Shown here: positions 1 to 15,000 of the stretch, piece after piece | Position numbering within the stretch: the stretch's first letter is position 1 | Layout: each line of letters starts with the position of its first letter | Assembly (NCBI GenBank): GCA_051362555.1 | Contig: JBPQGU010000016.1 | Location: 4,588,001 to 4,652,000 of the forward strand | Direction: 5' to 3' | Length of the DNA: 64,000 nt | Origin: Lingula anatina | Lineage: Eukaryota; Animalia; Brachiopoda | Notes under the pieces: model-generated | The model's database searches: none | Told to the model about the DNA's origin: nothing | Seen by the model: the letters and a program-made list of their open reading frames with translations, nothing else | Program-made: the position numbers and the translations under genes

Positions 1-3000
1 ACCAAAAATCGACCCGTCTCCGATTTTTCCAAAAAGTGACGAAAATCAATCTACCACACCTGTCATTCATAAAAAATGTGGAAACGCGCCCGGGTCACTT
101 CATCAAGGCCCCCAATTCTAGCTTCAAAGATGATCCAAAAATAAGCTCTGAGAACAGAATGAGAGGGGGGGGGGGGAGACAGAGTTTTTGCTCTATTTCT
201 TCCTTAATGTTGACACCACCACTCTTCCAGCACTTTATTCTTACTACAAATGACCGAACACACCTACCTGACATTATAATGAAGAAAAAAAATTTTCATC
301 CCTACCTGGCCAAAATTGAAGAAATCTCACAGTGCCGGCACTGTTCAAAATCACTCAAAATCACCAAAAATCGACCCGTCTCCGATTTTTCCAAAAAATG
401 ACGAAAATCAATCTACCACACCTGTCATTCATAAAAAATGTGGAAACGCGCCCGGGTCACTTCATCAAGGCCCCCAATTCTAGCTTTAAAGATGATATAA
501 AAATAAGCTCTGAGAACAGAATCTGAGAGGGGGGGGGGAGACAGAGTTTTTGCTCTATTTCTTCCTTAATGTTGACACCACCACTCTTCCAGCACTTTAT
601 TCTTACTACAAATGACCGAACAAACCTACCTGACACTATAATGAAGAAAAAAAATTTTTATCCCTACCTGGCCAAAATTGAAGAAATCTCACAGTGCCGG
701 CACTGTTCAAAATCACTCAAAATCACCAAAAATCGACCTGTCTCCGATTTTTCCAAAAAGTGACGAAAATCAATCTACCACACCTGTCATTCATAAAAAA
801 TGTGGAAACGCGCCCGGGTCACTTCATCAAGGCCCCCAATTCTAGCTTTAAAGATGATCCAAAAATAAGCTCTGAGAACAGAATCTGAGAGGGGGGGGGG
901 GGGAGACAGAGTTTTTGCTCTATTTCTTCCTTAATGTTGACACCACCACTCTTCCAGCACTTTATTCTTACTACAAATGACCGAACACACCTACCTGACA
1001 CTATAATGAAGAAAAAAAAATTTTCATCCCTACCTGGCCAAAATTGAAGAAATCTCACAGTGCCGGCACTGTTCAAAATCACTCAAAATCACCAAAAATC
1101 GACCCGTCTCCGATTTTTCCAAAAAGTGACGAAAATCAATCTACCACACCTGTCATTCATAAAAAATGTGGAAACGCGCCCGGGTCACTTCATCAAGGCC
1201 CCCAATTCTAGCTTTAAAGATGATCCAAAAATAAGCTCTGAGAACAGAATCTGAGAGGGGGGGGGGAGACAGAGTTTTTGCTCTATTTCTTCCTTAATGT
1301 TGACACCACCACTCTTCCAGCACTTTATTCGTACTACAAATGACCGAACACACCTACCTGACACTATAATGAAGAAAAAAAAATTTTCATCCCTACCTGG
1401 CCAAAATTGAAGAAATCTCACAGTGCCGGCACTGTTCAAAATCACTCAAAATCACCAAAATTCGACCCGTCTCCGATTTTTCCAAAAAGTGACGAAAATC
1501 AATCTACCACACCTGTCATTCATAAAAAATGTGGAAACGCGCCCGGGTCACATCATCAAGGCCCCTAATTCTAGCTTTAAAGATGATCCAAAAAGCTCTG
1601 AGAACAGAATCTGAGAGGGGGGGGGAGACAGAGTTTTTGCTCTATTTCTTCCTTAATGTTGACACCACCACTCTTCCAGCACTTTATTCTTACTACAAAT
1701 GACCGAACACACCTACCTGACACTATAATGAAGAAAAAAAATTTTCATCCCTACCTGGACAAATTTGAAGAAATCTCACAGTGCCGGCACTGTTCAAAAT
1801 CACTCAAAATCACCAAAAATCGACCCGTCTCCGATTTTTCCAAAAAGTGACGAAAATCAATCTACCACACCTGTCATTCATAAAAAATGTGGAAACGCGC
1901 CCGGGTCACTTCATCAAGGCCCCCAATTCTAGCTTTAAAGATGATCCAAAAATAAGCTCTGAGAACAGAATCTGAGAGGGGGGGGGGGGGGAGACAGAGT
2001 TTTTGCTCTATTTCTTCCTTAATGTTGACACCACCACTCTTCCAGCACTTTATTCTTACTACAAATGACCGAACACACCTACCTGACACTATAATGAAGA
2101 AAAAAAATTTTCATCCCTACCTGGCCAAAATTGAAGAAATCTCACAGTGCCGGCACTGTTCAAAATCACTCAAAATCACCAAAAATCGACCCGTCTCCGA
2201 TTTTTCCAAAAAGTGACGAAAATCAATCTACCACACCTGTCATTCATAAAAAATGTGGAAACGCGCCCGGGTCACTTCATCAAGGCCTCCAATTCTAGCT
2301 TTAAAGATGATCCAAAAATAAGCTCTGAGAACAGAATCTGAGAGGGGGGGGGGGGAGACAGAGTTTTTGCTCTATTTCTTCCTTAATGTTGACACCACCA
2401 CTCTTCCAGCACTTTATTCTTACTACAAATGACCGAACACACCTATCTGACACTATAATGAAGAAAAAAAATTTTCATCCCTACCTGGCCAAAATTGAAG
2501 AAATCTCACAGTGCCGGCACTGTTCAAAATCACTCAAAATCACCAAAAATCGACCCGTCTCCGATTTTTCCAAAAAGTGACGAAAATCAATCTACCACAC
2601 CTGTCATTCATAAAAAATGTGGAAACGCGCCCGGGTCACTTCATCAAGGCCCCCAATTCTAGCTTCAAAGATGATCCAAAAATAAGCTCTGAGAACAGAA
2701 TGAGAGGGGGGGGGGGGAGACAGAGTTTTTGCTCTATTTCTTCCTTAATGTTGACACCACCACTCTTCCAGCACTTTATTCTTACTACAAATGACCGAAC
2801 ACACCTACCTGACATTATAATGAAGAAAAAAAATTTTCATCCCTACCTGGCCAAAATTGAAGAAATCTCACAGTGCCGGCACTGTTCAAAATCACTCAAA
2901 ATCACCAAAAATCGACCCGTCTCCGATTTTTCCAAAAAATGACGAAAATCAATCTACCACACCTGTCATTCATAAAAAATGTGGAAACGCGCCCGGGTCA

Positions 3001-6000
3001 CTTCATCAAGGCCCCCAATTCTAGCTTTAAAGATGATATAAAAATAAGCTCTGAGAACAGAATCTGAGAGGGGGGGGGGAGACAGAGTTTTTGCTCTATT
3101 TCTTCCTTAATGTTGACACCACCACTCTTCCAGCACTTTATTCTTACTACAAATGACCGAACAAACCTACCTGACACTATAATGAAGAAAAAAAATTTTT
3201 ATCCCTACCTGGCCAAAATTGAAGAAATCTCACAGTGCCGGCACTGTTCAAAATCACTCAAAATCACCAAAAATCGACCTGTCTCCGATTTTTCCAAAAA
3301 GTGACGAAAATCAATCTACCACACCTGTCATTCATAAAAAATGTGGAAACGCGCCCGGGTCACTTCATCAAGGCCCCCAATTCTAGCTTTAAAGATGATC
3401 CAAAAATAAGCTCTGAGAACAGAATCTGAGAGGGGGGGGGGGGGGGAGACAGAGTTTTTGCTCTATTTCTTCCTTAATGTTGACACCACCACTCTTCCAG
3501 CACTTTATTCTTACTACAAATGACCGAACACACCTACCTGACACTATAATGAAGAAAAAAAAATTTTCATCCCTACCTGGCCAAAATTGAAGAAATCTCA
3601 CAGTGCCGGCACTGTTCAAAATCACTCAAAATCACCAAAAATCGACCCGTCTCCGATTTTTCCAAAAAGTGACGAAAATCAATCTACCACACCTGTCATT
3701 CATAAAAAATGTGGAAACGCGCCCGGGTCACTTCATCAAGGCCCCCAATTCTAGCTTTAAAGATGATCCAAAAATAAGCTCTGAGAACAGAATCTGAGAG
3801 GGGGGGGGGAGACAGAGTTTTTGCTCTATTTCTTCCTTAATGTTGACACCACCACTCTTCCAGCACTTTATTCGTACTACAAATGACCGAACACACCTAC
3901 CTGACACTATAATGAAGAAAAAAAAATTTTCATCCCTACCTGGCCAAAATTGAAGAAATCTCACAGTGCCGGCACTGTTCAAAATCACTCAAAATCACCA
4001 AAATTCGACCCGTCTCCGATTTTTCCAAAAAGTGACGAAAATCAATCTACCACACCTGTCATTCATAAAAAATGTGGAAACGCGCCCGGGTCACATCATC
4101 AAGGCCCCCAATTCTAGCTTTAAAGATGATCCAAAAAGCTCTGAGAACAGAATCTGAGAGGGGGGGGGAGACAGAGTTTTTGCTCTATTTCTTCCTTAAT
4201 GTTGACACCACCACTCTTCCAGCACTTTATTCTTACTACAAATGACCGAACACACCTACCTGACACTATAATGAAGAAAAAAAATTTTCATCCCTACCTG
4301 GCCAAATTTGAAGAAATCTCACAGTGCCGGCACTGTTCAAAATCACTCAAAATCACCAAAAATCGACCCGTCTCCGATTTTTCCAAAAAGTGATGAAAAT
4401 CAATCTACCACACCTGTCATTCATAAAAAATGTGGAAACGCGCCCGGGTCACTTCATCAAGGCCCCCAATTCTAGCTTTAAAGATGATCCAAAAATAAGC
4501 TCTGAGAACAGAATCTGAGAAGGGATGGGGGGGGAGACAGAGTTTTTGCTCTATTTCTTCCTTAATGTTGACACCACCACTCTTCCAGCACTTTATTCTT
4601 ACTACAAATGACCGAACACACCTACCTGACACTATAATGAAGAAAAAAAATTTTCATCCCTACCTGGCCAAATTTGAAGAAATCTCACAGTGCCGGCACT
4701 GTTCAAAATCACTCAAAATCACCAAAAATCGACCCGTCTCCGATTTTTCCAAAAAGTGACGAAAATCAATCTACCACACCTGTCATTCATAAAAAATGTG
4801 GAAACGCGCCCGGGTCACTTCATCAAGGCCCCCAATTCTAGCTTTAAAGATGATCCAAAAATAAGCTCTGAGAACAGAATCTGAGAGGGGGGGGGGGGGG
4901 GAGACAGAGTTTTTGCTCTATTTCTTCCTTAATGTTGACACCACCACTCTTCCAGCACTTTATTCTTACTACAAATGACCGAACACACCTACCTGACACT
5001 ATAATGAAGAAAAAAAATTTTCATCCCTACCTGGCCAAAATTGAAGAAATCTCACAGTGCCGGCACTGTTCAAAATCACTCAAAATCACCAAAAATCGAC
5101 CCGTCTCCGATTTTTCCAAAAAGTGACGAAAATCAATCTACCACACCTGTCATTCATAAAAAATGTGGAAACGCGCCCGGGTCACTTCATCAAGGCCCCC
5201 AATTCTAGCTTTAAAGATGATCCAAAAATAAGCTCTGAGAACAGAATCTGAGAGGGGGGGGGGGAGACAGAGTTTTTGCTCTATTTCTTCCTTAATGTTG
5301 ACACCACCACTCTTCCAGCACTTTATTCTTACTACAAATGACCGAACACACCTACCTGACACTATAATGAAGAAAAAAAATTTTCATCCCTACCTGGCCA
5401 AAATTGAAGAAATCTCACAGTGCCGGCACTGTTCAAAATCACTCAAAATCACCAAAAATCGACCCGTCTCCGATTTTTCCAAAAAGTGACAAAAATCAAT
5501 CTACCACACCTGTCATTCATAAAAAATGTGGAAACGCGCCCGGGTCACTTCATCAAGGCCCCCAATTCTAGCTTTAAAGATGATCCAAAAATAAGCTCTG
5601 AGAACAGAATCTGAGAGGGGGGGGGGGAGACAGAGTTTTTGCTCTATTTCTTCCTTAATGTTGACACCACCACTCTTCCAGCACTTTATTCTTACTACAA
5701 ATGACCGAACACACCTACCTGACACTATAATGAAGAAAAAAAATTTTCATCCCTACCTGGCCAAAATTGAAGAAATCTCACAGTGCCGGCACTGTTCAAA
5801 ATCACTCAAAATCACCAAAAATCGACCCGTCTCCGATTTTTCCAAAAAGTGACGAAAATCAATCTACCACACCTGTCATTCATAAAAAATGTGGAAACGC
5901 GCCCGGGTCACTTCATCAAGGCCCCCAATTCTAGCTTTAAAGATGATCCAAAAATAAGCTCTGAGAACAGAATCTGAGAGGGGGGGGGGGGAGACAGAGT

Positions 6001-9000
6001 TTTTGCTCTATTTCTTCCTTAATGTTGACACCACCACTCTTCCGGCACTTTATTCTTACTACAAATGACCGAACACACCTACCTGACACTATAATGAAGA
6101 AAAAAAATTTTCATCCCTACCTGGCCAAAATTGAAGAAATCTCACAGTGCCGGCACTGTTCAAAATCACTCAAAATCACCAAAAATCGACCCGTCTCCGA
6201 TTTTTCCAAAAAGTGACGAAAATCAATCTACCACACCTGTCATTCATAAAAAATGTGGAAACGCGCCCGAGTCACTTCATCAAGGCCCCCAATTCTAGCT
6301 TTAAAGATGATCCAAAAATAAGCTCTGAGAACAGAATCTGAGAGGGGGGGGGGAGACAGAGTTTTTGCTCTATTTCTTCCTTAATGTTGACACCACCACT
6401 CTTCCAGCACTTTATTCTTACTACAAATGACCGAACACACCTATCTGACACTATAATGAAGAAAAAAAATTTTCATCCCTACCTGGCCAAAATTGAAGAA
6501 ATCTCACAGTGCCGGCACTGTTCAAAATCACTCAAAATCACCAAAAATCGACCCGTCTCCGATTTTTCCAAAAAGTGACGAAAATCAATCTACCACACCT
6601 GTCATTCATAAAAAATGTGGAAACGCGCCCGGGTCACTTCATCAAGGCCCCCAATTCTAGCTTCAAAGATGATCCAAAAATAAGCTCTGAGAACAGAATG
6701 AGAGGGGGGGGGGGGGAGACAGAGTTTTTGCTCTATTTCTTCCTTAATGTTGACACCACCACTCTTCCAGCACTTTATTCTTACTACAAATGACCGAACA
6801 CACCTACCTGACATTATAATGAAGAAAAAAAATTTTCATCCCTACCTGGCCAAAATTGAAGAAATCTCACAGTGCCGGCACTGTTCAAAATCACTCAAAA
6901 TCACCAAAAATCGACCCGTCTCCGATTTTTCCAAAAAATGACGAAAATCAATCTACCACACCTGTCATTCATAAAAAATGTGGAAACGCGCCCGGGTCAC
7001 TTCATCAAGGCCCCCAATTCTAGCTTTAAAGATGATATAAAAATAAGCTCTGAGAACAGAATCTGAGAGGGGGGGGGGAGACAGAGTTTTTGCTCTATTT
7101 CTTCCTTAATGTTGACACCACCACTCTTCCAGCACTTTATTCTTACTACAAATGACCGAACAAACCTACCTGACACTATAATGAAGAAAAAAAATTTTTA
7201 TCCCTACCTGGCCAAAATTGAAGAAATCTCACAGTGCCGGCACTGTTCAAAATCACTCAAAATCACCAAAAATCGACCTGTCTCCGATTTTTCCAAAAAG
7301 TGACGAAAATCAATCTACCACACCTGTCATTCATAAAAAATGTGGAAACGCGCCCGGGTCACTTCATCAAGGCCCCCAATTCTAGCTTTAAAGATGATCC
7401 AAAAATAAGCTCTGAGAACAGAATCTGAGAGGGGGGGGGGGGGGAGACAGAGTTTTTGCTCTATTTCTTCCTTAATGTTGACACCACCACTCTTCCAGCA
7501 CTTTATTCTTACTACAAATGACCGAACACACCTACCTGACACTATAATGAAGAAAAAAAAATTTTCATCCCTACCTTATTCTTACTACAAATGACCGAAC
7601 ACACCTACCTGACACTATAATGAAGAAAAAAAATTTTCATCCCTACCTGGCCAAAATTGAAGAAATCTCACAGTGCCGGCACTGTTCAAAATCACTCAAA
7701 ATCACCAAAAATCGACCCGTCTCCGATTTTTCCAAAAAGTGACGAAAATCAATCTACCACACCTGTCATTCATAAAAAATGTGGAAACGCGCCCGGGTCA
7801 CTTCATCAAGGCCCCCAATTCTAGCTTTAAAGATGATCCAAAAATAAGCTCTGAGAACAGAATCTGAGAGGGGGGGGGGGAGACAGAGTTTTTGCTCTAT
7901 TTCTTCCTTAATGTTGACACCACCACTCTTCCAGCACTTTATTCTTACTACAAATGACCGAACACACCTACCTGACACTATAATGAAGAAAAAAAATTTT
8001 CATCCCTACCTGGCCAAAATTGAAGAAATCTCACAGTGCCGGCACTGTTCAAAATCACTCAAAATCACCAAAAATCGACCCGTCTCCGATTTTTCCAAAA
8101 AGTGACGAAAATCAATCTACCACACCTGTCATTCATAAAAAATGTGGAAACGCGCCCGGGTCACTTCATCAAGGCCCCCAATTCTAGCTTTAAAGATGAT
8201 CCAAAAATAAGCTCTGAGAACAGAATCTGAGAGGGGGGGGGGGAGACAGAGTTTTTGCTCTATTTCTTCCTTAATGTTGACACCACCACTCTTCCAGCAC
8301 TTTATTCTTACTACAAATGACCGAACACACCTACCTGACACTATAATGAAGAAAAAAAATTTTCATCCCTACCTGGCCAAAATTGAAGAAATCTCACAGT
8401 GCCGGCACTGTTCAAAATCACTCAAAATCACCAAAAATCGACCCGTCTCCGATTTTTCCAAAAAGTGACGAAAATCAATCTACCACACCTGTCATTCATA
8501 AAAAATGTGGAAACGCGCCCGGGTCACTTCATCAAGGCCCCCAATTCTAGCTTTAAAGATGATCCAAAAATAAGCTCTGAGAACAGAATCTGAGAGGGGG
8601 GGGGGAGACAGAGTTTTTGCTCTATTTCTTCCTTAATGTTGACACCACCACTCTTCCAGCACTTTATTCTTACTACAAATGACCGAACACACCTACCTGA
8701 CACTATAATGAAGAAAAAAAATTTTCATCCCTACCTGGCCAAAATTGAAGAAATCTCACAGTGCCGGCACTGTTCAAAATCACTCAAAATCACCAAAAAT
8801 CGACCCGTCTCCGATTTTTCCAAAAAGTGACGAAAATCAATCTACCACACCTGTCATTCATAAAAAATGTGGAAACGCGCCCGGGTCACTTCATCAAGGC
8901 CCCCAATTCTAGCTTTAAAGATGATCCAAAAATAAGCTCTGAGAACAGAATCTGAGAGGGGGGGGGGGGAGACAGAGTTTTTGCTCTATTTCTTCCTTAA

Positions 9001-12000
9001 TGTTGACACCACCACTCTTCCAGCACTTTATTCTTACTACAAATGACCGAACACACCTACCTGACACTATAATGAAGAAAAAAAATTTTCATCCCTACCT
9101 GGCCAAAATTGAAGAAATCTCACAGTGCCGGCACTGTTCAAAATCACTCAAAATCACCAAAAATCGACCCGTCTCCGATTTTTCCAAAAAGTGACGAAAA
9201 TCAATCTACCACACCTGTCATTCATAAAAAATGTGGAAACGCGCCCGGGTCACTTCATCAAGGCCCCCAATTCTAGCTTTAAAGATGATCCAAAAATAAG
9301 CTCTGAGAACAGAATCTGAGAGGGGGGGGGGGGAGACAGAGTTTTTGCTCTATTTCTTCCTTAATGTTGACACCACCACTCTTCCAGCACTTTATTCTTA
9401 CTACAAATGACCGAACACACCTACCTGACACTATAATGAAGAAAAAAAATTTTCATCCCTACCTGGCCAAAATTGAAGAAATCTCACAGTGCCGGCACTG
9501 TTCAAAATCACTCAAAATCACCAAAAATCGACCCGTCTCCGATTTTTCCAAAAAGTGACGAAAATCAATCTACCACACCTGTCATTCATAAAAAATGTGG
9601 AAACGCGCCCGGGTCACTTCATCAAGGCCCCCAATTCTAGCTTTAAAGATGATCCAAAAATAAGCTCTGAGAACAGAATCTGAGAGGGGGGGGGGGAGAC
9701 AGAGTTTTTGCTCTATTTCTTCCTTAATGTTGACACCACCACTCTTCCAGCACTTTATTCTTACTACAAATGACCGAACACACCTACCTGACACTATAAT
9801 GAAGAAAAAAAATTTTCATCCCTACCTGGCCAAAATTGAAGAAATCTCACAGTGCCGGCACTGTTCAAAATCACTCAAAATCACCAAAAATCGACCCGTC
9901 TCCGATTTTTCCAAAAAGTGACGAAAATCAATCTACCACACCTGTCATTCATAAAAAATGTGGAAACGCGCCCGGGTCACTTCATCAAGGCCCCCAATTC
10001 TAGCTTTAAAGATGATCCAAAAATAAGCTCTGAGAACAGAATCTGAGAGGGGGGGGGGGAGACAGAGTTTTTGCTCTATTTCTTCCTTAATGTTGACACC
10101 ACCACTCTTCCAGCACTTTATTCTTACTACAAATGACCGAACACACCTACCTGACACTATAATGAAGAAAAAAAATTTTCATCCCTACCTGGCCAAAATT
10201 GAAGAAATCTCACAGTGCCGGCACTGTTCAAAATCACTCAAAATCACCAAAAATCGACCCGTCTCCGATTTTTCCAAAAAGTGACGAAAATCAATCTACC
10301 ACACCTGTCATTCATAAAAAATGTGGAAACGCGCCCGGGTCACTTCATCAAGGCCCCCAATTCTAGCTTTAAAGATGATCCAAAAATAAGCTCTGAGAAC
10401 AGAATCTGAGAGGGGGGGGGGGAGACAGAGTTTTTGCTCTATTTCTTCCTTAATGTTGACACCACCACTCTTCCAGCACTTTATTCTTACTACAAATGAC
10501 CGAACACACCTACCTGACACTATAATGAAGAAAAAAAATTTTCATCCCTACCTGGCCAAAATTGAAGAAATCTCACAGTGCCGGCACTGTTCAAAATCAC
10601 TCAAAATCACCAAAAATCGACCCGTCTCCGATTTTTCCAAAAAGTGACGAAAATCAATCTACCACACCTGTCATTCATAAAAAATGTGGAAACGCGCCCG
10701 GGTCACTTCATCAAGGCCCCCAATTCTAGCTTTAAAGATGATCCAAAAATAAGCTCTGAGAACAGAATCTGAGAGGGGGGGGGGGAGACAGAGTTTTTAC
10801 TCTATTTCTTCCTTAATGTTGACACCACCACTCTTCCAGCACTTTATTCTTACTACAAATGACCGAACACACCTACCTGACACTATAATGAAGAAAAAAA
10901 ATTTTCATCCCTACCTGGCCAAAATTGAAGAAATCTCACAGTGCCGGCACTGTTCAAAATCACTCAAAATCACCAAAAATCGACCCGTCTCCGATTTTTC
11001 CAAAAAGTGACGAAAATCAATCTACCACACCTGTCATTCATAAAAAATGTGGAAACGCGCCCGGGTCACTTCATCAAGGCCCCCAATTCTAGCTTTAAAG
11101 ATGATCCAAAAATAAGCTCTGAGAACAGAATCTGAGAGGGGGGGGGGGAGACAGAGTTTTTGCTCTATTTCTTCCTTAATGTTGACACCACCACTCTTCC
11201 AGCACTTTATTCTTACTACAAATGACCGAACACACCTACCTGACACTATAATGAAGAAAAAAAATTTTCATCCCTACCTGGCCAAAATTGAAGAAATCTC
11301 ACAGTGCCGGCACTGTTCAAAATCACTCAAAATCACCAAAAATCGACCCGTCTCCGATTTTTCCAAAAAGTGACGAAAATCAATCTACCACACCTGTCAT
11401 TCATAAAAAATGTGGAAACGCGCCCGGGTCACTTCATCAAGGCCCCCAATTCTAGCTTTAAAGATGATCCAAAAATAAGCTCTGAGAACAGAATCTGAGA
11501 GGGGGGGGGGGAGACAGAGTTTTTGCTCTATTTCTTCCTTAATGTTGACACCACCACTCTTCCAGCACTTTATTCTTACTACAAATGACCGAACACACCT
11601 ACCTGACACTATAATGAAGAAAAAAAATTTTCATCCCTACCTGGCCAAAATTGAAGAAATCTCACAGTGCCGGCACTGTTCAAAATCACTCAAAATCACC
11701 AAAAATCGACCCGTCTCCGATTTTTCCAAAAAGTGACGAAAATCAATCTACCACACCTGTCATTCATAAAAAATGTGGAAACGCGCCCGGGTCACTTCAT
11801 CAAGGCCCCCAATTCTAGCTTTAAAGATGATCCAAAAATAAGCTCTGAGAACAGAATCTGAGAGGGGGGGGGGGGAGACAGAGTTTTTGCTCTATTTCTT
11901 CCTTAATGTTGACACCACCACTCTTCCAGCACTTTATTCTTACTACAAATGACCGAACACACCTACCTGACACTATAATGAAGAAAAAAAATTTTCATCC

Positions 12001-15000
12001 CTACCTGGCCAAAATTGAAGAAATCTCACAGTGCCGGCACTGTTCAAAATCACTCAAAATCACCAAAAATCGACCCGTCTCCGATTTTTCCAAAAAGTGA
12101 CGAAAATCAATCTACCACACCTGTCATTCATAAAAAATGTGGAAACGCGCCCGGGTCACTTCATCAAGGCCCCCAATTCTAGCTTTAAAGATGATCCAAA
12201 AATAAGCTCTGAGAACAGAATCTGAGAGGGGGGGGGGGGAGACAGAGTTTTTGCTCTATTTCTTCCTTAATGTTGACACCACCACTCTTCCAGCACTTTA
12301 TTCTTACTACAAATGACCGAACACACCTACCTGACACTATAATGAAGAAAAAAAATTTTCATCCCTACCTGGCCAAAATTGAAGAAATCTCACAGTGCCG
12401 GCACTGTTCAAAATCACTCAAAATCACCAAAAATCGACCCGTCTCCGATTTTTCCAAAAAGTGACGAAAATCAATCTACCACACCTGTCATTCATAAAAA
12501 ATGTGGAAACGCGCCCGGGTCACTTCATCAAGGCCCCCAATTCTAGCTTTAAAGATGATCCAAAAATAAGCTCTGAGAACAGAATCTGAGAGGGGGGGGG
12601 GGGAGACAGAGTTTTTGCTCTATTTCTTCCTTAATGTTGACACCACCACTCTTCCAGCACTTTATTCTTACTACAAATGACCGAACACACCTACCTGACA
12701 CTATAATGAAGAAAAAAAATTTTCATCCCTACCTGGCCAAAATTGAAGAAATCTCACAGTGCCGGCACTGTTCAAAATCACTCAAAATCACCAAAAATCG
12801 ACCCGTCTCCGATTTTTCCAAAAAGTGACGAAAATCAATCTACCACACCTGTCATTCATAAAAAATGTGGAAACGCGCCCGGGTCACTTCATCAAGGCCC
12901 CCAATTCTAGCTTTAAAGATGATCCAAAAATAAGCTCTGAGAACAGAATCTGAGAGGGGGGGGGGGAGACAGAGTTTTTGCTCTATTTCTTCCTTAATGT
13001 TGACACCACCACTCTTCCAGCACTTTATTCTTACTACAAATGACCGAACACACCTACCTGACACTATAATGAAGAAAAAAAATTTTCATCCCTACCTGGC
13101 CAAAATTGAAGAAATCTCACAGTGCCGGCACTGTTCAAAATCACTCAAAATCACCAAAAATCGACCCGTCTCCGATTTTTCCAAAAAGTGACGAAAATCA
13201 ATCTACCACACCTGTCATTCATAAAAAATGTGGAAACGCGCCCGGGTCACTTCATCAAGGCCCCCAATTCTAGCTTTAAAGATGATCCAAAAATAAGCTC
13301 TGAGAACAGAATCTGAGAGGGGGGGGGGGAGACAGAGTTTTTGCTCTATTTCTTCCTTAATGTTGACACCACCACTCTTCCAGCACTTTATTCTTACTAC
13401 AAATGACCGAACACACCTACCTGACACTATAATGAAGAAAAAAAATTTTCATCCCTACCTGGCCAAAATTGAAGAAATCTCACAGTGCCGGCACTGTTCA
13501 AAATCACTCAAAATCACCAAAAATCGACCCGTCTCCGATTTTTCCAAAAAGTGACGAAAATCAATCTACCACACCTGTCATTCATAAAAAATGTGGAAAC
13601 GCGCCCGGGTCACTTCATCAAGGCCCCCAATTCTAGCTTTAAAGATGATCCAAAAATAAGCTCTGAGAACAGAATCTGAGAGGGGGGGGGGGAGACAGAG
13701 TTTTTGCTCTATTTCTTCCTTAATGTTGACACCACCACTCTTCCAGCACTTTATTCTTACTACAAATGACCGAACACACCTACCTGACACTATAATGAAG
13801 AAAAAAAATTTTCATCCCTACCTGGCCAAAATTGAAGAAATCTCACAGTGCCGGCACTGTTCAAAATCACTCAAAATCACCAAAAATCGACCCGTCTCCG
13901 ATTTTTCCAAAAAGTGACGAAAATCAATCTACCACACCTGTCATTCATAAAAAATGTGGAAACGCGCCCGGGTCACTTCATCAAGGCCCCCAATTCTAGC
14001 TTTAAAGATGATCCAAAAATAAGCTCTGAGAACAGAATCTGAGAGGGGGGGGGGGGGAGACAGAGTTTTTGCTCTATTTCTTCCTTAATGTTGACACCAC
14101 CACTCTTCCAGCACTTTATTCTTACTACAAATGACCGAACACACCTACCTGACACTATAATGAAGAAAAAAAATTTTCATCCCTACCTGGCCAAAATTGA
14201 AGAAATCTCACAGTGCCGGCACTGTTCAAAATCACTCAAAATCACCAAAAATCGACCCGTCTCCGATTTTTCCAAAAAGTGACGAAAATCAATCTACCAC
14301 ACCTGTCATTCATAAAAAATGTGGAAACGCGCCCGGGTCACTTCATCAAGGCCCCCAATTCTAGCTTTAAAGATGATCCAAAAATAAGCTCTGAGAACAG
14401 AATCTGAGAGGGGGGGGGGGGAGACAGAGTTTTTGCTCTATTTCTTCCTTAATGTTGACACCACCACTCTTCCAGCACTTTATTCTTACTACAAATGACC
14501 GAACACACCTACCTGACACTATAATGAAGAAAAAAAATTTTCATCCCTACCTGGCCAAAATTGAAGAAATCTCACAGTGCCGGCACTGTTCAAAATCACT
14601 CAAAATCACCAAAAATCGACCCGTCTCCGATTTTTCCAAAAAGTGACGAAAATCAATCTACCACACCTGTCATTCATAAAAAATGTGGAAACGCGCCCGG
14701 GTCACTTCATCAAGGCCCCCAATTCTAGCTTTAAAGATGATCCAAAAATAAGCTCTGAGAACAGAATCTGAGAGGGGGGGGGGGGAGACAGAGTTTTTGC
14801 TCTATTTCTTCCTTAATGTTGACACCACCACTCTTCCAGCACTTTATTCTTACTACAAATGACCGAACACACCTACCTGACACTATAATGAAGAAAAAAA
14901 ATTTTCATCCCTACCTGGCCAAAATTGAAGAAATCTCACAGTGCTGGCACTGTTCAAAATCACTCAAAATCACCAAAAATCGACCCGTCTCCGATTTTTC

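Noticed and set aside
70-96. CENP-B box in the monomer (TGTGGAAACGCGCCCGGG)
   Set aside because: Shares TGGAAACG but lacks the essential TTCG and a correctly spaced CGGG.
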